The notes under the pieces were generated by a model that saw only the letters and a list, made by a program, of their open reading frames with translations, ran no database searches and was not told the origin of the DNA. A program made the position numbers and the translations under genes. From assembly GCA_963767735.1 (NCBI GenBank), contig CAVYES010000008.1:128001-192000 (forward strand): a stretch of 64,000 nucleotides of DNA, given 5' to 3'. Numbering within the stretch: position 1 is the stretch's first letter; every line of letters starts with the position of its first letter. This DNA comes from Candidatus Bathyarchaeota archaeon. Lineage in GTDB: Archaea; Thermoproteota; Bathyarchaeia; Bathyarchaeales; Bathycorpusculaceae. Positions 63,708-64,000 of this stretch are shown here, in pieces.

Positions 63708-64000
63708 GTGGAAGCAAAAGCCAATTTTAGGCTAATAGATGAAGAGTCCAATTTAAAGTTTGAAGGAGAAGCAAAGGTCGTTCTTGATGATCAATATGTA
63801 ACCTTAGTTTTTGGATTCGGCGAGCCCAGACTTTTTTCTTACACAGACATCATCGGAATTTCAGAACAAGAATATAGAATTGAGCTATTCTTAACCTCCA
63901 AAGAAACACTGGAACTTTCGGGATTGGGGTACCAGTACGAAGACTTTCTTTCCGAACTCTACAGACTGCGAAATGAAATTTTGCTCAAATACATGTTGAT
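63708..64000 (+). CDS. Hypothetical protein, partial (runs off window end)
   Basis: GGTGA then GTG; open frame MEAKANFRLIDEES...LGYQYEDFLSELYRLRNEILLKYML. Confidence 0.7.
   Translation, partial: MEAKANFRLIDEESNLKFEGEAKVVLDDQYVTLVFGFGEPRLFSYTDIIGISEQEYRIELFLTSKETLELSGLGYQYEDFLSELYRLRNEILLKYML

Overview
Archaeal chromosomal segment. Gene content and order best fit Bathyarchaeia (TACK); this is inferred, not searched. About 7.8-60 kb is housekeeping core: argS, guaA, a nucleotide-sugar cluster, RFC, GINS, MCM, primases, PCNA, RNA polymerase subunits, ribosomal proteins, SRP54, aIF5A, tRNA-modifying enzymes, gdhA, ppsA, an archaeosortase and large surface proteins. Many essential genes carry 1-nt frameshifts, most likely uncorrected read/consensus errors. 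Main discovery: downstream of tRNA-Leu(GAG) (7458-7542, minus) lie three copies of the tRNA 3' end (4241, 5140, 6279), each fused to one of two conserved palindromic arm sequences. They delimit three 0.9-1.2 kb integrase-free, essentially single-gene units. Both arm types recur about 59 kb away (63307, 63495) in a second accessory region with a HEPN-MNT pair. This suggests a tRNA-anchored, integron-like array of non-autonomous mini-cassettes. Also seen: an aIF2-alpha gene collapsed to 34 codons, a nucleotide-sugar dehydrogenase lacking catalytic motifs, a 3x21-bp operator array beside a membrane-anchored wHTH protein, and a 10-11-bp-phased repeat tract at the second island's border.
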